Below the pieces are notes generated by a model. It was not told where the DNA came from and searched no databases. It saw only the letters and a program-made list of their open reading frames with translations. From Acidimicrobiia bacterium (lineage in GTDB: Bacteria > Actinomycetota > Acidimicrobiia > Spongiisociales > ZC4RG35): a DNA stretch of 64,000 nucleotides. How positions within the stretch are numbered: position 1 is the first letter of the stretch; each line of letters starts with the position of its first letter. The stretch spans positions 2,976,001 through 3,040,000 of the forward strand of contig CBDBCY010000004.1 in assembly GCA_965203555.1 (NCBI GenBank). The letters are read 5' to 3'. Below, in pieces: positions 55,337 through 64,000 of the stretch. The position numbers and the translations under genes were made by a program.

Positions 55337-56525
55337 TGTGATAGTGGCCGGAGTGGGTCTTCACCCCTGGGGGAAGTTCCCCTACAAGAGTTGGGTGGAG
55401 ATGGGCGCCGAGGTGGCGCTTGAGGCGGTGAAGGATGCCGGTGTCGAATGGACTGATGTGCAAGCCATGGTCTCGGGCGCCATGCAGTGGGGAGGATCGA
55501 CCGGCATGAGGTCGGGGAACACCATCTCGGCGGCGTTGGGAGAAACAGGGGTCCCCATCGCCAACATCAACAACGCCTGTGCCTCGGGTGGGTCTTTGAT
55601 GAGGGCCGCCTATGCGATGATCACCTCGGGGATGCACGAGTCGGTACTGGTGATCGGGACGGACAAGTCCCCCAAGGGGTATTTTCCCAGTGTCCCGGTG
55701 CTGGCCGACGAGCCCCAGCCGCCGGTGGACATGGTGCGCTGGCAGGTGGGAGTCCCCAATCCCGCCTATTGGGCGTTGGAGATGCGCAAGCGAATGGAGG
55801 CTTACGGTTCCACCGAGGAGCACCTCGCCAAGGTGAAGGTGAAGAACTCCAAGCACGGCGCCCTCAATCCCTTTGCCCGGTATCGCAAGGAGTTCAGCAT
55901 CGAGCAGGTGCTGGCCTCGCCCATGGTGTGCGACCCACTTCGCCTGCTGGAGATCTGCGCCACTTCCGACGGGGCGGCGGCCGTCCTGTTGGTGAGCGAC
56001 GCCAAGGCCCGCCAGTTGAGCGTCAACCCTATGGTGAAGGTGGCGGCCTGCTCCCTTGCCAGCGGCGAATTCGGCGATCCCACCATCCGCATTCCCCTGC
56101 TGTCGGCCGCCTCCGACGAAGCCGCCACCGCGCCGCTGCTCTCTGAGAGTCGCTTGGCGGCCCAGATGGCCTACGAGCAGGCCGGACTGGGACCCGAGGA
56201 CATGGATTTCGTGGAACTGCCCGACAACTCCTCCTGGCACGAACTCCAATACCTGGAGACCATGGGGTTTTGCGATGAGGGTGAGGCCGAGCAACTCCTG
56301 GACAAAGGCGCCACCACTCTCGGCGGAGAACTGCCCGTCTGTCCCAGCGGAGGATTTTCATCCTTCGGTGAGGCGACCATGGCCCAGGGAATCCTCCAGA
56401 TAGTCGAAGTGACCTGGCAGTTGCGCGGCACCGCGGGTGCCCGCCAAGTGGAAGGAGCCCGCAAAGCCATCACCGAGGTCTACGGCGCCCAGGCCAACAA
56501 CTCCGCCTGCATCCTGACCACCTAA
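55329..56525 (+). CDS. SCP2-type thiolase family protein
   Basis: NNACASG, NSKHGALNPFA, ICATSDGAAA, YEQAGLGPED, PSGG, QLRG.AG.RQV. Confidence 0.9.
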   Translation: MTDVIVAGVGLHPWGKFPYKSWVEMGAEVALEAVKDAGVEWTDVQAMVSGAMQWGGSTGMRSGNTISAALGETGVPIANINNACASGGSLMRAAYAMITSGMHESVLVIGTDKSPKGYFPSVPVLADEPQPPVDMVRWQVGVPNPAYWALEMRKRMEAYGSTEEHLAKVKVKNSKHGALNPFARYRKEFSIEQVLASPMVCDPLRLLEICATSDGAAAVLLVSDAKARQLSVNPMVKVAACSLASGEFGDPTIRIPLLSAASDEAATAPLLSESRLAAQMAYEQAGLGPEDMDFVELPDNSSWHELQYLETMGFCDEGEAEQLLDKGATTLGGELPVCPSGGFSSFGEATMAQGILQIVEVTWQLRGTAGARQVEGARKAITEVYGAQANNSACILTT

Positions 56526-56574
56526 GTCGAGCCGGCACCCACGAATGAGGATGGCGGATCCCTGAAACTCCACG

Positions 56575-56760
56575 ACCGAGATCCTTGTCTCGCCATACGA
56601 GTTGGGGATCAAGATCAGGATTGTGTGGCTGGTAGGCGACTGGGAATTGGACTCCGGTCCTCATCTGCCAGCACTTCCTGGTACTCGGCGGTGGAGTGTG
56701 AATTCGCGACGCATCGTCGTGGGTGAGGGTCGCTACAAGCTTCGGTTTGCGCTTTGCCAC
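56575..56760 (-). pseudogene. 5' remnant of a site-specific DNA methyltransferase (type III Mod-like)
   Basis: MAKRKPKLVATLTHDDASR..(shift)PTAEYQEVLADEDRSPI..(shift)VAY..NPDLDPQLVWRDKD, after which similarity stops; family recognised from memory. Confidence 0.6.
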
Positions 56761-56763
56761 GTA

Positions 56764-56979
56764 TCACCTTGCCTTGGTGGTTCGTAGCGGTAACGAGTTG
56801 GTTTCCAATGTCGAGAGGTCCAAACGCGCCGCGGCATGATTGATGTCGAATCCAACCACTTGGCCGCTCGCGTCGAGATCGACGTTGAGTCCGTCTGCGA
56901 CCTCAAGGGTTTCTGCGCTCGGTGTTGCCTTGAACTCAACGTAGAGGCTGTCGGTCTCGGGATAGTAACGAAGTTTCAT
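56764..56979 (-). CDS. DUF2283 family putative antitoxin
   Basis: MKLRYYPETDSLYVEF...EVADGLNVDLDASGQVVGFDI. Confidence 0.85.
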   Translation of the reverse strand: MKLRYYPETDSLYVEFKATPSAETLEVADGLNVDLDASGQVVGFDINHAAARLDLSTLETNSLPLRTTKAR

Positions 56980-57235
56980 GAGTCGTCCTTTCGGTAACGT
57001 CGGTCGAAGACGGCATTGTGGATAGTCTCTCCGTCAGCCAAAGTGATCACTGGTAGAAAACCGGGGGGCGGTCCTGTCAGAGTACATAACCTCATCCCAG
57101 AACGAATGGGCCCGTCTGGCTGCTCGTCTCGCCAGGCGCCGATTCGACAATCGTAACCTCTGGCGGAAATCATCTAAGAGCCTTTTCTTTACAAGGGCCG
57201 CGACTGCTCGCTTACCGATATCGAGGCCGCCTCAT
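56976..57235 (-). pseudogene. Degenerate toxin partner of DUF2283
   Basis: Fragments EQPDGPIR / FWDEV...PRF / VITLADGETIHNAVFDRRY spread over several frames; ATGA overlap with DUF2283; 5' limit approximate. Confidence 0.55.
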
Positions 57236-57408
57236 CCTGCCATCCGGATTCAAGGCTCGGCCACTTCCCACGGGTAGGCAGAGAATGCCCGTAGGTCCTT
57301 CGGTGGCTCTGGCGCACATCACCAGCGTCAAACGATTTGGAGGCAATTCAACTTCTGGAACTCCCGGGCCCGGGCCGAATGCCTTCTCCTTCTCCATTCC
57401 TGTGGTGC

Positions 57409-57430
57409 TGTCACAGTCTGGTCCTATCGT
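57409..57430 (+). promoter_or_regulatory. PafBC/RecA-NDp-type promoter motif TGTCAC-N10-TA-N3-T
   Basis: TGTCAC AGTCTGGTCC TA TCG T, 27 bp upstream of the ATPase start. Confidence 0.6.
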
Positions 57431-57457
57431 GTTGGGAGAGCAACAAGGGCGGATAAT

Positions 57458-59857
57458 TTGCTTCAGCAAGAGGTATTGAAGGAACTGGAGAGACTGGAGG
57501 CCAATGGTCGAACGGTCGATTTGGTGCTGGCCGCGATGGAAGGGGAGGAGGGCGTGGAGAGGGTGCTCACAGGGGGAACACCGACTGGCGCCGCGCCTGG
57601 GGACACCGTTGGCGACGATGGGTTGCCCGGTGTCTACCTGGAGAGTGTCACCGTGTGCGGGTTTCGGGGGATCGGGCCGGAGACGACCCTGGAGATACCG
57701 CCCGGCCCCGGTTTGACAATCGTGACAGGACGCAACGGTTCCGGCAAGTCCAGTTTTGCCGAGGCGCTGGAGGTGCTGCTGACCGGTGACACCCTTCGTT
57801 GGTCCGAAAAGAGAGGACCCTGGAAGGAAGGTTGGAAGAACCTCCATCACACCTCTCCTCCCAGGATCGCCGCCCGCTTCCAGGTGGAGGGCAAGAGAGG
57901 ACTGACCACTGCCGCAGCAACCTGGCCCGAGGGCGCCGATTACGGAGGGGTTCGCCGGACAGCCCAACACCATGGAGAGCGGCGCACCGACCTCGCAGGT
58001 GTCGGTTGGGAGGTTCCTCTGGATCTCTACCGGCCGCTGCTGTCCTACAACGAACTTGGGGTCATCGGCGCCGGACCTACCGCTCTCTTTGACGCTCTCA
58101 CCGCGGCCCTGGGTCTGGAATCTCTCCGCGGGGCTCGCAAACCCCTGTCCCAGGCCCGTCTGGCGCGGACCAGGCTCGACAAAGAGGTGACGAGGGAGCG
58201 GTTGGATCGCCTGCTGCCGGCGCTCAAGGCCATGGAGGACCCCCGGGCCGAAGCGGCCGTGGCGGCGCTCAACAAGAGAAGACGCGATCTCGATGAACTG
58301 GCCAGACTCGGTTCCGAGCCCGGTCCAGAGCAGGGTTCCCTGCGAAGACTGGCAAAACTGAAACCACCGGACCAGGAGGAGGTTCTGCGGATCGGCGCCG
58401 AACTGGAAGAGTCCCACTCGCTGGTTTCGGGGCTTCGGGGCGGTGAAGCGGAGCAGGCCGAGAGCCTGGCCAGCTTGCTCGAACAGGCGCTTGAACATCA
58501 TCGGCGACACGGCGATGAACCGTGTCCGGTCTGCGGAGTCGGAACCCTCGACCCCGATTGGCGGCGGTCCACCCAAGAGCAGGCGAAAATGTTGAATCAG
58601 CAGGCGGCCCGGTACCGGAGGGCTGCGAAGAGACGCGATCGGGCTTTGCAGGCTGCCCGGGGTCTGGTCGCCGTTCCTTCCATCCCCTCCGCAGACGCCA
58701 TCGACACTTCCCCTCTCCACGCTGCCTGGAGGCGCTGGGGGTCGCTGCCGGCCGACGCCGCCGAGGTCCCCGAGCATCTGCTGGCGGGTTACGAAGAGGT
58801 GGCGCGGGAGGCGGCCGCGGTGGCCGAACAGGCCGCTCCGTTGCATTCGGAACGGGAGGAGAAGTGGGCGCAAGTGTCGCCCGACCTGATGGCCTGGGTG
58901 GCCAAGGCCCGCCGGGCGGAGGAGTCGATGGAGGCGGTGGGCGCCATCCAGGATGCCGAAAAGGCCTTGAAGGAGGTGACGGAGGCGTTGCGCAATGCTC
59001 GGTGGGCGCCGATCGAGTCCGAAGCGCTTGGCCTCTGGAAAGACCTTCGTCTGCAGAGCAATGTCGATCTGCGCTCGGTGAAACTGGCCGGATCCGGAAC
59101 CTGGCGCCGGGTGGAACTCACCGTGGAGGTTGACGGAACGGAAGCGCCGGCGCTGGCGGTGGTCAGCCAGGGAGAACTCAGTTGTCTCGCCCTGTCGCTG
59201 TTCTTCCCCCGCGCCACCCTGGCGGACAGTCCCTTCCGGTTCCTGGTGATCGATGACCCGGTGCAGGCCATGGATCCCGCCCGGGTGGACGGATTGGCCG
59301 CGGTCTTCGACCGAATTGCCCAGGAGCGCCAACTGGTGGTGTTCACCCATGATGATCGCCTGCCCGAGTCGCTCCGGCGCATGAAGATCGCCCACACCTG
59401 CAAGAAGGTGACCCGCCGTCCCGGATCTGTCATAGAGGTGGCGGACAGCCGGGATCCTGTGAAGCAGTACTTTAGCGACGCCCGCAGCCTGATCAGCGAT
59501 GACGCCCTCCCCGACAATCTGGCCAGACGGGTGATACCGGGAATCTGCCGCAACGGATTGGAAGCCGCCTGCATCGAAGCGGTGCGACGGCGGCGGTTGG
59601 GGCAGGGCGAGGATCACGCCGCGGTTGAAGGTGCATTGGAAAGAGCCCACAAACTGACTCACAAGGCGGCCCTGGTCCTGTTTGACGACATGAAGGAAAG
59701 CGGCAATGTGTCAGACCGTATCAGACACCAGTGGGGAGCCAGTTTCGAGAACGCATTCTGGGGGGCCAACAAAGGGGCACACCGGTCGTACGGAGGCAAC
59801 CTTTCTCAACTCATTGGCGACTGCCGCGAACTGGCAGAGCAGCTTCGTCGCCTATGA
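57458..59857 (+). CDS. SMC/Rad50-type ABC ATPase with zinc hook and HEPN-like C-terminus (RloC-like architecture)
   Basis: GFRGIG, Walker A GRNGSGKSS, coiled coil with CPVCG, signature VSQGE, Walker B VIDDPVQAMD, VFTHD, then about 150 further residues with CRNGLE...NKGAH. Confidence 0.85.
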   Translation: MLQQEVLKELERLEANGRTVDLVLAAMEGEEGVERVLTGGTPTGAAPGDTVGDDGLPGVYLESVTVCGFRGIGPETTLEIPPGPGLTIVTGRNGSGKSSFAEALEVLLTGDTLRWSEKRGPWKEGWKNLHHTSPPRIAARFQVEGKRGLTTAAATWPEGADYGGVRRTAQHHGERRTDLAGVGWEVPLDLYRPLLSYNELGVIGAGPTALFDALTAALGLESLRGARKPLSQARLARTRLDKEVTRERLDRLLPALKAMEDPRAEAAVAALNKRRRDLDELARLGSEPGPEQGSLRRLAKLKPPDQEEVLRIGAELEESHSLVSGLRGGEAEQAESLASLLEQALEHHRRHGDEPCPVCGVGTLDPDWRRSTQEQAKMLNQQAARYRRAAKRRDRALQAARGLVAVPSIPSADAIDTSPLHAAWRRWGSLPADAAEVPEHLLAGYEEVAREAAAVAEQAAPLHSEREEKWAQVSPDLMAWVAKARRAEESMEAVGAIQDAEKALKEVTEALRNARWAPIESEALGLWKDLRLQSNVDLRSVKLAGSGTWRRVELTVEVDGTEAPALAVVSQGELSCLALSLFFPRATLADSPFRFLVIDDPVQAMDPARVDGLAAVFDRIAQERQLVVFTHDDRLPESLRRMKIAHTCKKVTRRPGSVIEVADSRDPVKQYFSDARSLISDDALPDNLARRVIPGICRNGLEAACIEAVRRRRLGQGEDHAAVEGALERAHKLTHKAALVLFDDMKESGNVSDRIRHQWGASFENAFWGANKGAHRSYGGNLSQLIGDCRELAEQLRRL

Positions 59858-60237
59858 GCAGGGACTTGATCGACCATGCTCATCGACTGATCAGGGCCAC
59901 AGAGACCTATGAAGTGGTGTGGCCCCGGGCAGTCGCCCTGCTCACCCGTCAGGCCTTGGAGGAAGCACTGGCCGATCTTTGGAGGTACCCCTACCCGGGT
60001 ATGGAGGATGCCAGTTGGTCGACTCAACTGGCCTGCTTGGACGAGGTGCTGGACGACGACACCCTGGTTGGCGAAATCCGAATGGCATGGGTCTGGCTGA
60101 GCCGGGCCTGTCACCATCACCACTACGAGTTGGATCCCACCGCCGCGGAACTGGATCGGTGGATACGGCAGACTGAGCGACTGGTGACAGTGGTTGCCGG
60201 TGGGACTGCTGAGTCTCGTCGGGACCTCCCCGGCTAG
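59854..60237 (+). CDS. Small helical protein with RX4H motif (HEPN-like)
   Basis: ATGA coupling to the ATPase; RAVALLTRQALEE...WLSRACHHHHYEL. Confidence 0.7.
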   Translation: MSRDLIDHAHRLIRATETYEVVWPRAVALLTRQALEEALADLWRYPYPGMEDASWSTQLACLDEVLDDDTLVGEIRMAWVWLSRACHHHHYELDPTAAELDRWIRQTERLVTVVAGGTAESRRDLPG

Positions 60238-60249
60238 CATCCCATCTGT

Positions 60250-60555
60250 ATGAGCCGTATAGCTGTGGTCGCCAAGCTGGTGGCTGCCGAGGGTAAACGA
60301 GAGGAACTGCGGGAGCGGTTGACCGAGCACTTTTCCAGGGTGGAGGATGAAGAGGGGACGCTGGTTTTCTCCTGGCAGGTCGACTTTCGCAACCCCGACG
60401 CGTTCTGGGCTTACGAGGTGTATGCCAGCCGGGAAGCCTTGGCGGCCCATGCCGAATGGGCGGCCGGAGCGGTGGAGGAGATGGCCGGACTGCTGGCTTC
60501 GCCGCCGGAGGTCTCCTTTTGCAGGCCGCTGATGGCCAAGGGCCTTCCCGAGTGA
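60250..60555 (+). CDS. Antibiotic biosynthesis monooxygenase (ABM) family protein
   Basis: VVAKLVAAEGKRE, EEGTLVF, YEVYASREALAAH. Confidence 0.85.
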   Translation: MSRIAVVAKLVAAEGKREELRERLTEHFSRVEDEEGTLVFSWQVDFRNPDAFWAYEVYASREALAAHAEWAAGAVEEMAGLLASPPEVSFCRPLMAKGLPE

Positions 60556-60600
60556 CACCGTCTTCCTAACTCACCTCTGCCCTATTGGGACGGAATGCAG

Positions 60601-61252
60601 TCAGTTCCCTGAGTTCTCCTTGAGTTCGACGGCTCGCCACATAATCGCGCGCATCTGCGCCAGGGTGGGGCTGGTGTGGGGGCAGAACATCTCTGGGATG
60701 TTGGTCCTACACCCCTCCGCTACGCCGGAAGCCACCAGCGCATTGATGTCGTCCGCGTGCCCACTGGCGTCGATATCTGTGAAGGGACCCGAGTCGGCTT
60801 TCTCGAGGTTGAAGGCACGGACCAGAAAGGAGGCCATCTGGGCGCGGGTGACGCGATCCGCCGGGCAGTAGCGGGCCGGGTTCACGCCGCAGCCCTTGGT
60901 GATGCCCAGTTCGAATAGACGTTCCACGTAAGGAACCCAATGCTCGTCACCCCTCACATCCACGAATTTCGGGGAGGGCACCTCCGGTGGGGGCGTCCCG
61001 TCGACAATCCGGACCAACCACACCGCCCATCGCCCACCGCGGGAAGGGATGGTTGTCACAGGGGTTGTGGCCACAATCGTAGTAGTAGACCAACCACCCG
61101 TCTTCGTCCTTGGCGCTGGCCGGGCTCGAAGCGACCAGCAACGCCGCGGCAAGCACTGTCAGCATCATCAGCACTCCCCATCCCAGGGCATTCCGATTGG
61201 GCGCTGGCATCGTACCACCGGTCTTCGGGTTCCACCACACAGTCGGCCTCAT
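60601..61252 (-). pseudogene. Secreted S-layer homology (SLH) domain protein with a +1 frameshift (possibly an assembly error)
   Basis: Signal peptide frame (LTVLAAALLVASSPASA) joins the SLH frame (FVDV...LFELGITKGC...YCPADRVTRAQMASFLVRA) if one base of CCC 61026-61028 is removed, giving RWAMAVWLVR. Confidence 0.75.
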
Positions 61253-61268
61253 GACTTGCAGACCGCCT

Positions 61269-61772
61269 TCAGGTGGCCGACCAGGCGCGGATCGTCTCGA
61301 CTCTGACCTCTATAACCGGTCCCGGTGGAGGTTGGCCGCCATAGGGTTGGTACTTGCTGGTGAGAAGAGCGATTCCTTCCCGGAAGGCCGGGCCGGAGTC
61401 GATCACACGGGCCTCTCCGTCGATCCTTATCCACCACAGCCGGGTCCAGTCGTCTTCGTAGCGATCCAACAGCACCGAGACATTGGGATTGGCTTCGATG
61501 TTGCGTAGCCGTTTGAGCCTCCGGGTGGACTTGGGCTTTTGATCCACGGCGGTGTAGAGGCGCCCTTCTCGGTAGGCGAACACGATCGGGACCAGGTGGG
61601 GCTGGCCCGTCTCTTCGACGGTTCCCAGAGTGGCCGACCGAACTATCATCAGCCGCCGTGTGATCTCTTCGGGGTCGATCGGAGGCCTCCTTGTCTCGAT
61701 CCGGTGGAGGTGAGGTCTGGCAACACTCCTATTCTGCTCCCTCGAAGCGGAGAAGATGCCCCCGATAGCCAC
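61269..61772 (-). CDS. PPOX-class F420-dependent oxidoreductase
   Basis: ATLGT...PHLVPIVFA, TAVDQKPKST, RLRNIEANP, YEDDWTRLWWIRIDG; true start probably downstream of 61772. Confidence 0.85.
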   Translation of the reverse strand: MAIGGIFSASREQNRSVARPHLHRIETRRPPIDPEEITRRLMIVRSATLGTVEETGQPHLVPIVFAYREGRLYTAVDQKPKSTRRLKRLRNIEANPNVSVLLDRYEDDWTRLWWIRIDGEARVIDSGPAFREGIALLTSKYQPYGGQPPPGPVIEVRVETIRAWSAT

Positions 61773-61891
61773 GTTATCTTCATTCCGCCGTCTCGGTATC
61801 TACAATCACCAGCGACTTTCAAAACCGATTTGAAGGGCCAACCGACTATCAGCCAATACGCAACGGACCTCCCCAGGAAGGAGAACTAACA

Positions 61892-63013
61892 GTGGATTTC
61901 GCATTGGCCTCGGCTGATGATCCCAGGCGTCTCCGGGTCCGCGACTGGCTCTCCGAGCATCCCGATCCCAGCCCGGAACAGTTGGCAAGGGCCGGCTATG
62001 TGAAGCCCCGATTCCCCGAACCGTGGGGCCAGGGGGCCGACGTCCTGGAGGAGTTGATCATCGACGAGGAACTGGCCTCGGCGGGGGTGAAGGTTCCCGA
62101 CAACGCTATAGCCCTGGGTTGGGCCGCTCCGACCCTCCTCAACTTCGGCAACACTGCCCAGCAGAAGCGGCACCTGTGGCCGATTCTCACCGGGGAAGAG
62201 CAGTGGTGCCAGCTGTTTTCCGAACCCAACTCCGGTTCAGACCTGGCTTCCCTCCAGACCCGCGCCGTACGGGATGGAGACGAGTGGGTGATAAACGGCC
62301 AGAAAATCTGGACCAGCGGGGCCGAACTCTCCAAGTACGGGATGCTTCTGGCCCGTACCGACCCCGAAGCTCCCAAGCACCGGGGGATCACCTGGTTCAT
62401 CTGCCCGATGGAACAGCCCGGGATCGAGATACGCCCGATAATCGAGATGACCGGGAACCGGCACTTCAACGAGGTGTTCTTCACCGATCTACGAATCCCG
62501 GCCGAGAACGTGGTAGGAGAGCTCCACGGCGGCTGGAGGGCGGCCCGCTACACCCTGGCCAACGAGCGGGTGGCGCTTTCGGGAGGAGGGGCGATCTGGG
62601 GGATGGGACCCAGCGTCCACGATCTGGTGGACCGGGCTCGCGCCGGAGGAGTCAGCAGGAAAGCCCACCGCCAGGAGCTTGCCCGGCTCTACACCGAGGA
62701 CAGGATCATCCACCTGATCGGCCTGCGGATTCTCACCGACCTGGTGGCCGGGCGGGAGCCGGGGGCGATAGCCGAGGTCAAAAAGCTTATGGCGGACCGG
62801 GCCGGGCAGCGGATCATGAATCTGGCCAAGGATCTGGCCGGCGCCGACGGGATGAGAACCGACCGGGGCCCGTTCGGAGAGGAGAGCGACGTGTGGAATT
62901 GGGGCTTTCTGTTTTCCCCGGCGCTCACCATCGGGGGAGGGACCTCCCAGATTCTTCTCAATGTGATAGCGGAGCGGATGTTGGGACTTCCCCGGGAGCC
63001 GCTGGTCAAGTAG
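61892..63013 (+). CDS. Acyl-CoA dehydrogenase
   Basis: WCQLFSEPNSGSDLASL, NGQKIWTS, HFNEVFF, TIGGGTSQI. Confidence 0.93.
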   Translation: MDFALASADDPRRLRVRDWLSEHPDPSPEQLARAGYVKPRFPEPWGQGADVLEELIIDEELASAGVKVPDNAIALGWAAPTLLNFGNTAQQKRHLWPILTGEEQWCQLFSEPNSGSDLASLQTRAVRDGDEWVINGQKIWTSGAELSKYGMLLARTDPEAPKHRGITWFICPMEQPGIEIRPIIEMTGNRHFNEVFFTDLRIPAENVVGELHGGWRAARYTLANERVALSGGGAIWGMGPSVHDLVDRARAGGVSRKAHRQELARLYTEDRIIHLIGLRILTDLVAGREPGAIAEVKKLMADRAGQRIMNLAKDLAGADGMRTDRGPFGEESDVWNWGFLFSPALTIGGGTSQILLNVIAERMLGLPREPLVK

Positions 63014-63047
63014 AAATCCGTGCTGGGAGCCCGTAGGGTTGGGGCCG

Positions 63048-64000
63048 ATGCGCATTCTGGTGGTCAACTGCGGCAGTTCCTCCATCAAATACAAGCTGTA
63101 CGGGATGGGGGCGGGCGAACCGCAGGCGGCGGGAATGATCGAGGGCCTCGGAACCGGCGAGGCCCGGCACGTCCACCGGGCCGGGCGATACCGCAGAGAA
63201 ACCGTCATGGCGGTTCCCGACTACCGATCGGGGGTGGCGCAGGTGGTCGAGGCGCTGACGCAATGGGGGTCGCCCCCGCCGGTACAGGATCCGGAGGAGA
63301 TCGTCGGGGTCGGCCATCGGGTGGTCCATGGCGGGGAGGAGTTGACCGAATCGGTGGTGATCGACTCCTCGGTGATGGAGGCCATCGGCGCACTCGACTC
63401 CCTGGCGCCCCTGCACAACCCGGCGAACCGGGCGGGCATCGAGGCCATCGCCGAACTGTTGCCCCACAGCACCGGGGTGGCGGTCTTCGACACCGCCTTC
63501 TTTGCCACCCTCCCGCCCCACTCCTATCGGTACGCCGTGCCGACTCGCTGGTGGCGGGACTTCGGGGTGCGGCGCTACGGGTTCCACGGCATAAGCCACC
63601 GCTACCTGGTGGAGCGGGCCTCCCGACTCCTGGACCGACCCCGCCCCAACCTGGTGACCTTCCACCTGGGAAACGGCGCCTCGGCCTGCGCGGTCCGGGA
63701 GGGCAGGGCCGTGGACACCTCGATGGGGATGACGCCCCTTGAAGGTCTGGTGATGGGTACCCGAAGCGGCGACATCGACCCGGCGGTCGTATTCCACCTG
63801 CTGGAGGCCGGGCTGTCGGTGTCAGAGATCCGCCGGGGTCTGGAAAGGGAAGGGGGCCTTCAGGGCTTGAGCGGGATATCCTCCGACTTCCGCCGACTGT
63901 GCGAGGCCGCCGACGCGGGACAGGCATCCGCCGCCCTGGCGTTGCAGGTGTTCGCCCACCGGGTCCGTCGCTATCTCGGTGCCTTCCTGGTCCAGGTGGG
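63048..64000 (+). CDS. ackA: Acetate kinase (partial, runs off the window)
   Basis: Hand translation: MRILVVNCGSSSIKY, GHRVVHGG, LAPLHNP, VFDTAF, RRYGFHGISH, HLGNGAS, DTSMGMTPLEGLVMGTRSGD. Confidence 0.95.
   Translation, partial: MRILVVNCGSSSIKYKLYGMGAGEPQAAGMIEGLGTGEARHVHRAGRYRRETVMAVPDYRSGVAQVVEALTQWGSPPPVQDPEEIVGVGHRVVHGGEELTESVVIDSSVMEAIGALDSLAPLHNPANRAGIEAIAELLPHSTGVAVFDTAFFATLPPHSYRYAVPTRWWRDFGVRRYGFHGISHRYLVERASRLLDRPRPNLVTFHLGNGASACAVREGRAVDTSMGMTPLEGLVMGTRSGDIDPAVVFHLLEAGLSVSEIRRGLEREGGLQGLSGISSDFRRLCEAADAGQASAALALQVFAHRVRRYLGAFLVQV

Noticed and set aside
57458-59857. SbcC, RecN or Wadjet JetC call for the ATPase
   Set aside because: No SbcD/Mre11 or JetABD neighbours, and there is an extra C-terminal domain after the H-loop.

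Overview
High-GC bacterial chromosomal window. Gene content (UPF0182 followed by tRNA-fMet, F420-dependent LLM/PPOX enzymes, actinobacterial ArsC, SLH protein) points to an actinobacterium. Taurine and methylamine catabolism plus many TA/HEPN modules would fit a marine or sponge-associated Acidimicrobiia, but that is inference. Left to right: class II ribonucleotide reductase nrdJ with a 431-aa LAGLIDADG intein; UPF0182; initiator tRNA; an accessory block (CX5R phosphatase, AT-rich periodic array plus AAA_14/DUF4143-type ATPase-nuclease, ArsC and ArsR-ArsC, ABC exporter, an Azaca-like DUF6361/PLD/helicase operon, a broken Doc module); tandem SulP paralogues; a sugar/cyclitol cluster; N-methylglutamate synthase genes; an atypical B12 acyl-CoA mutase; xsc with a Tpa-like aminotransferase; several damaged TA modules; a DNA-methylase remnant beside an SMC/Rad50-type zinc-hook ATPase coupled to a small RX4H protein; and a partial ackA. 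Best candidates for something undescribed: (1) the 23/23/28-bp periodic array before the AAA_14/DUF4143 gene; (2) the RloC-like ATPase plus small HEPN-like two-gene operon; (3) a PafBC-type TGTCAC-N10-TA-N3-T promoter shared by both putative defence operons; (4) the mutase with a non-MCM active site. Family names come from motif recognition by eye; no searches were run. Several single-base homopolymer frameshifts could be assembly errors.
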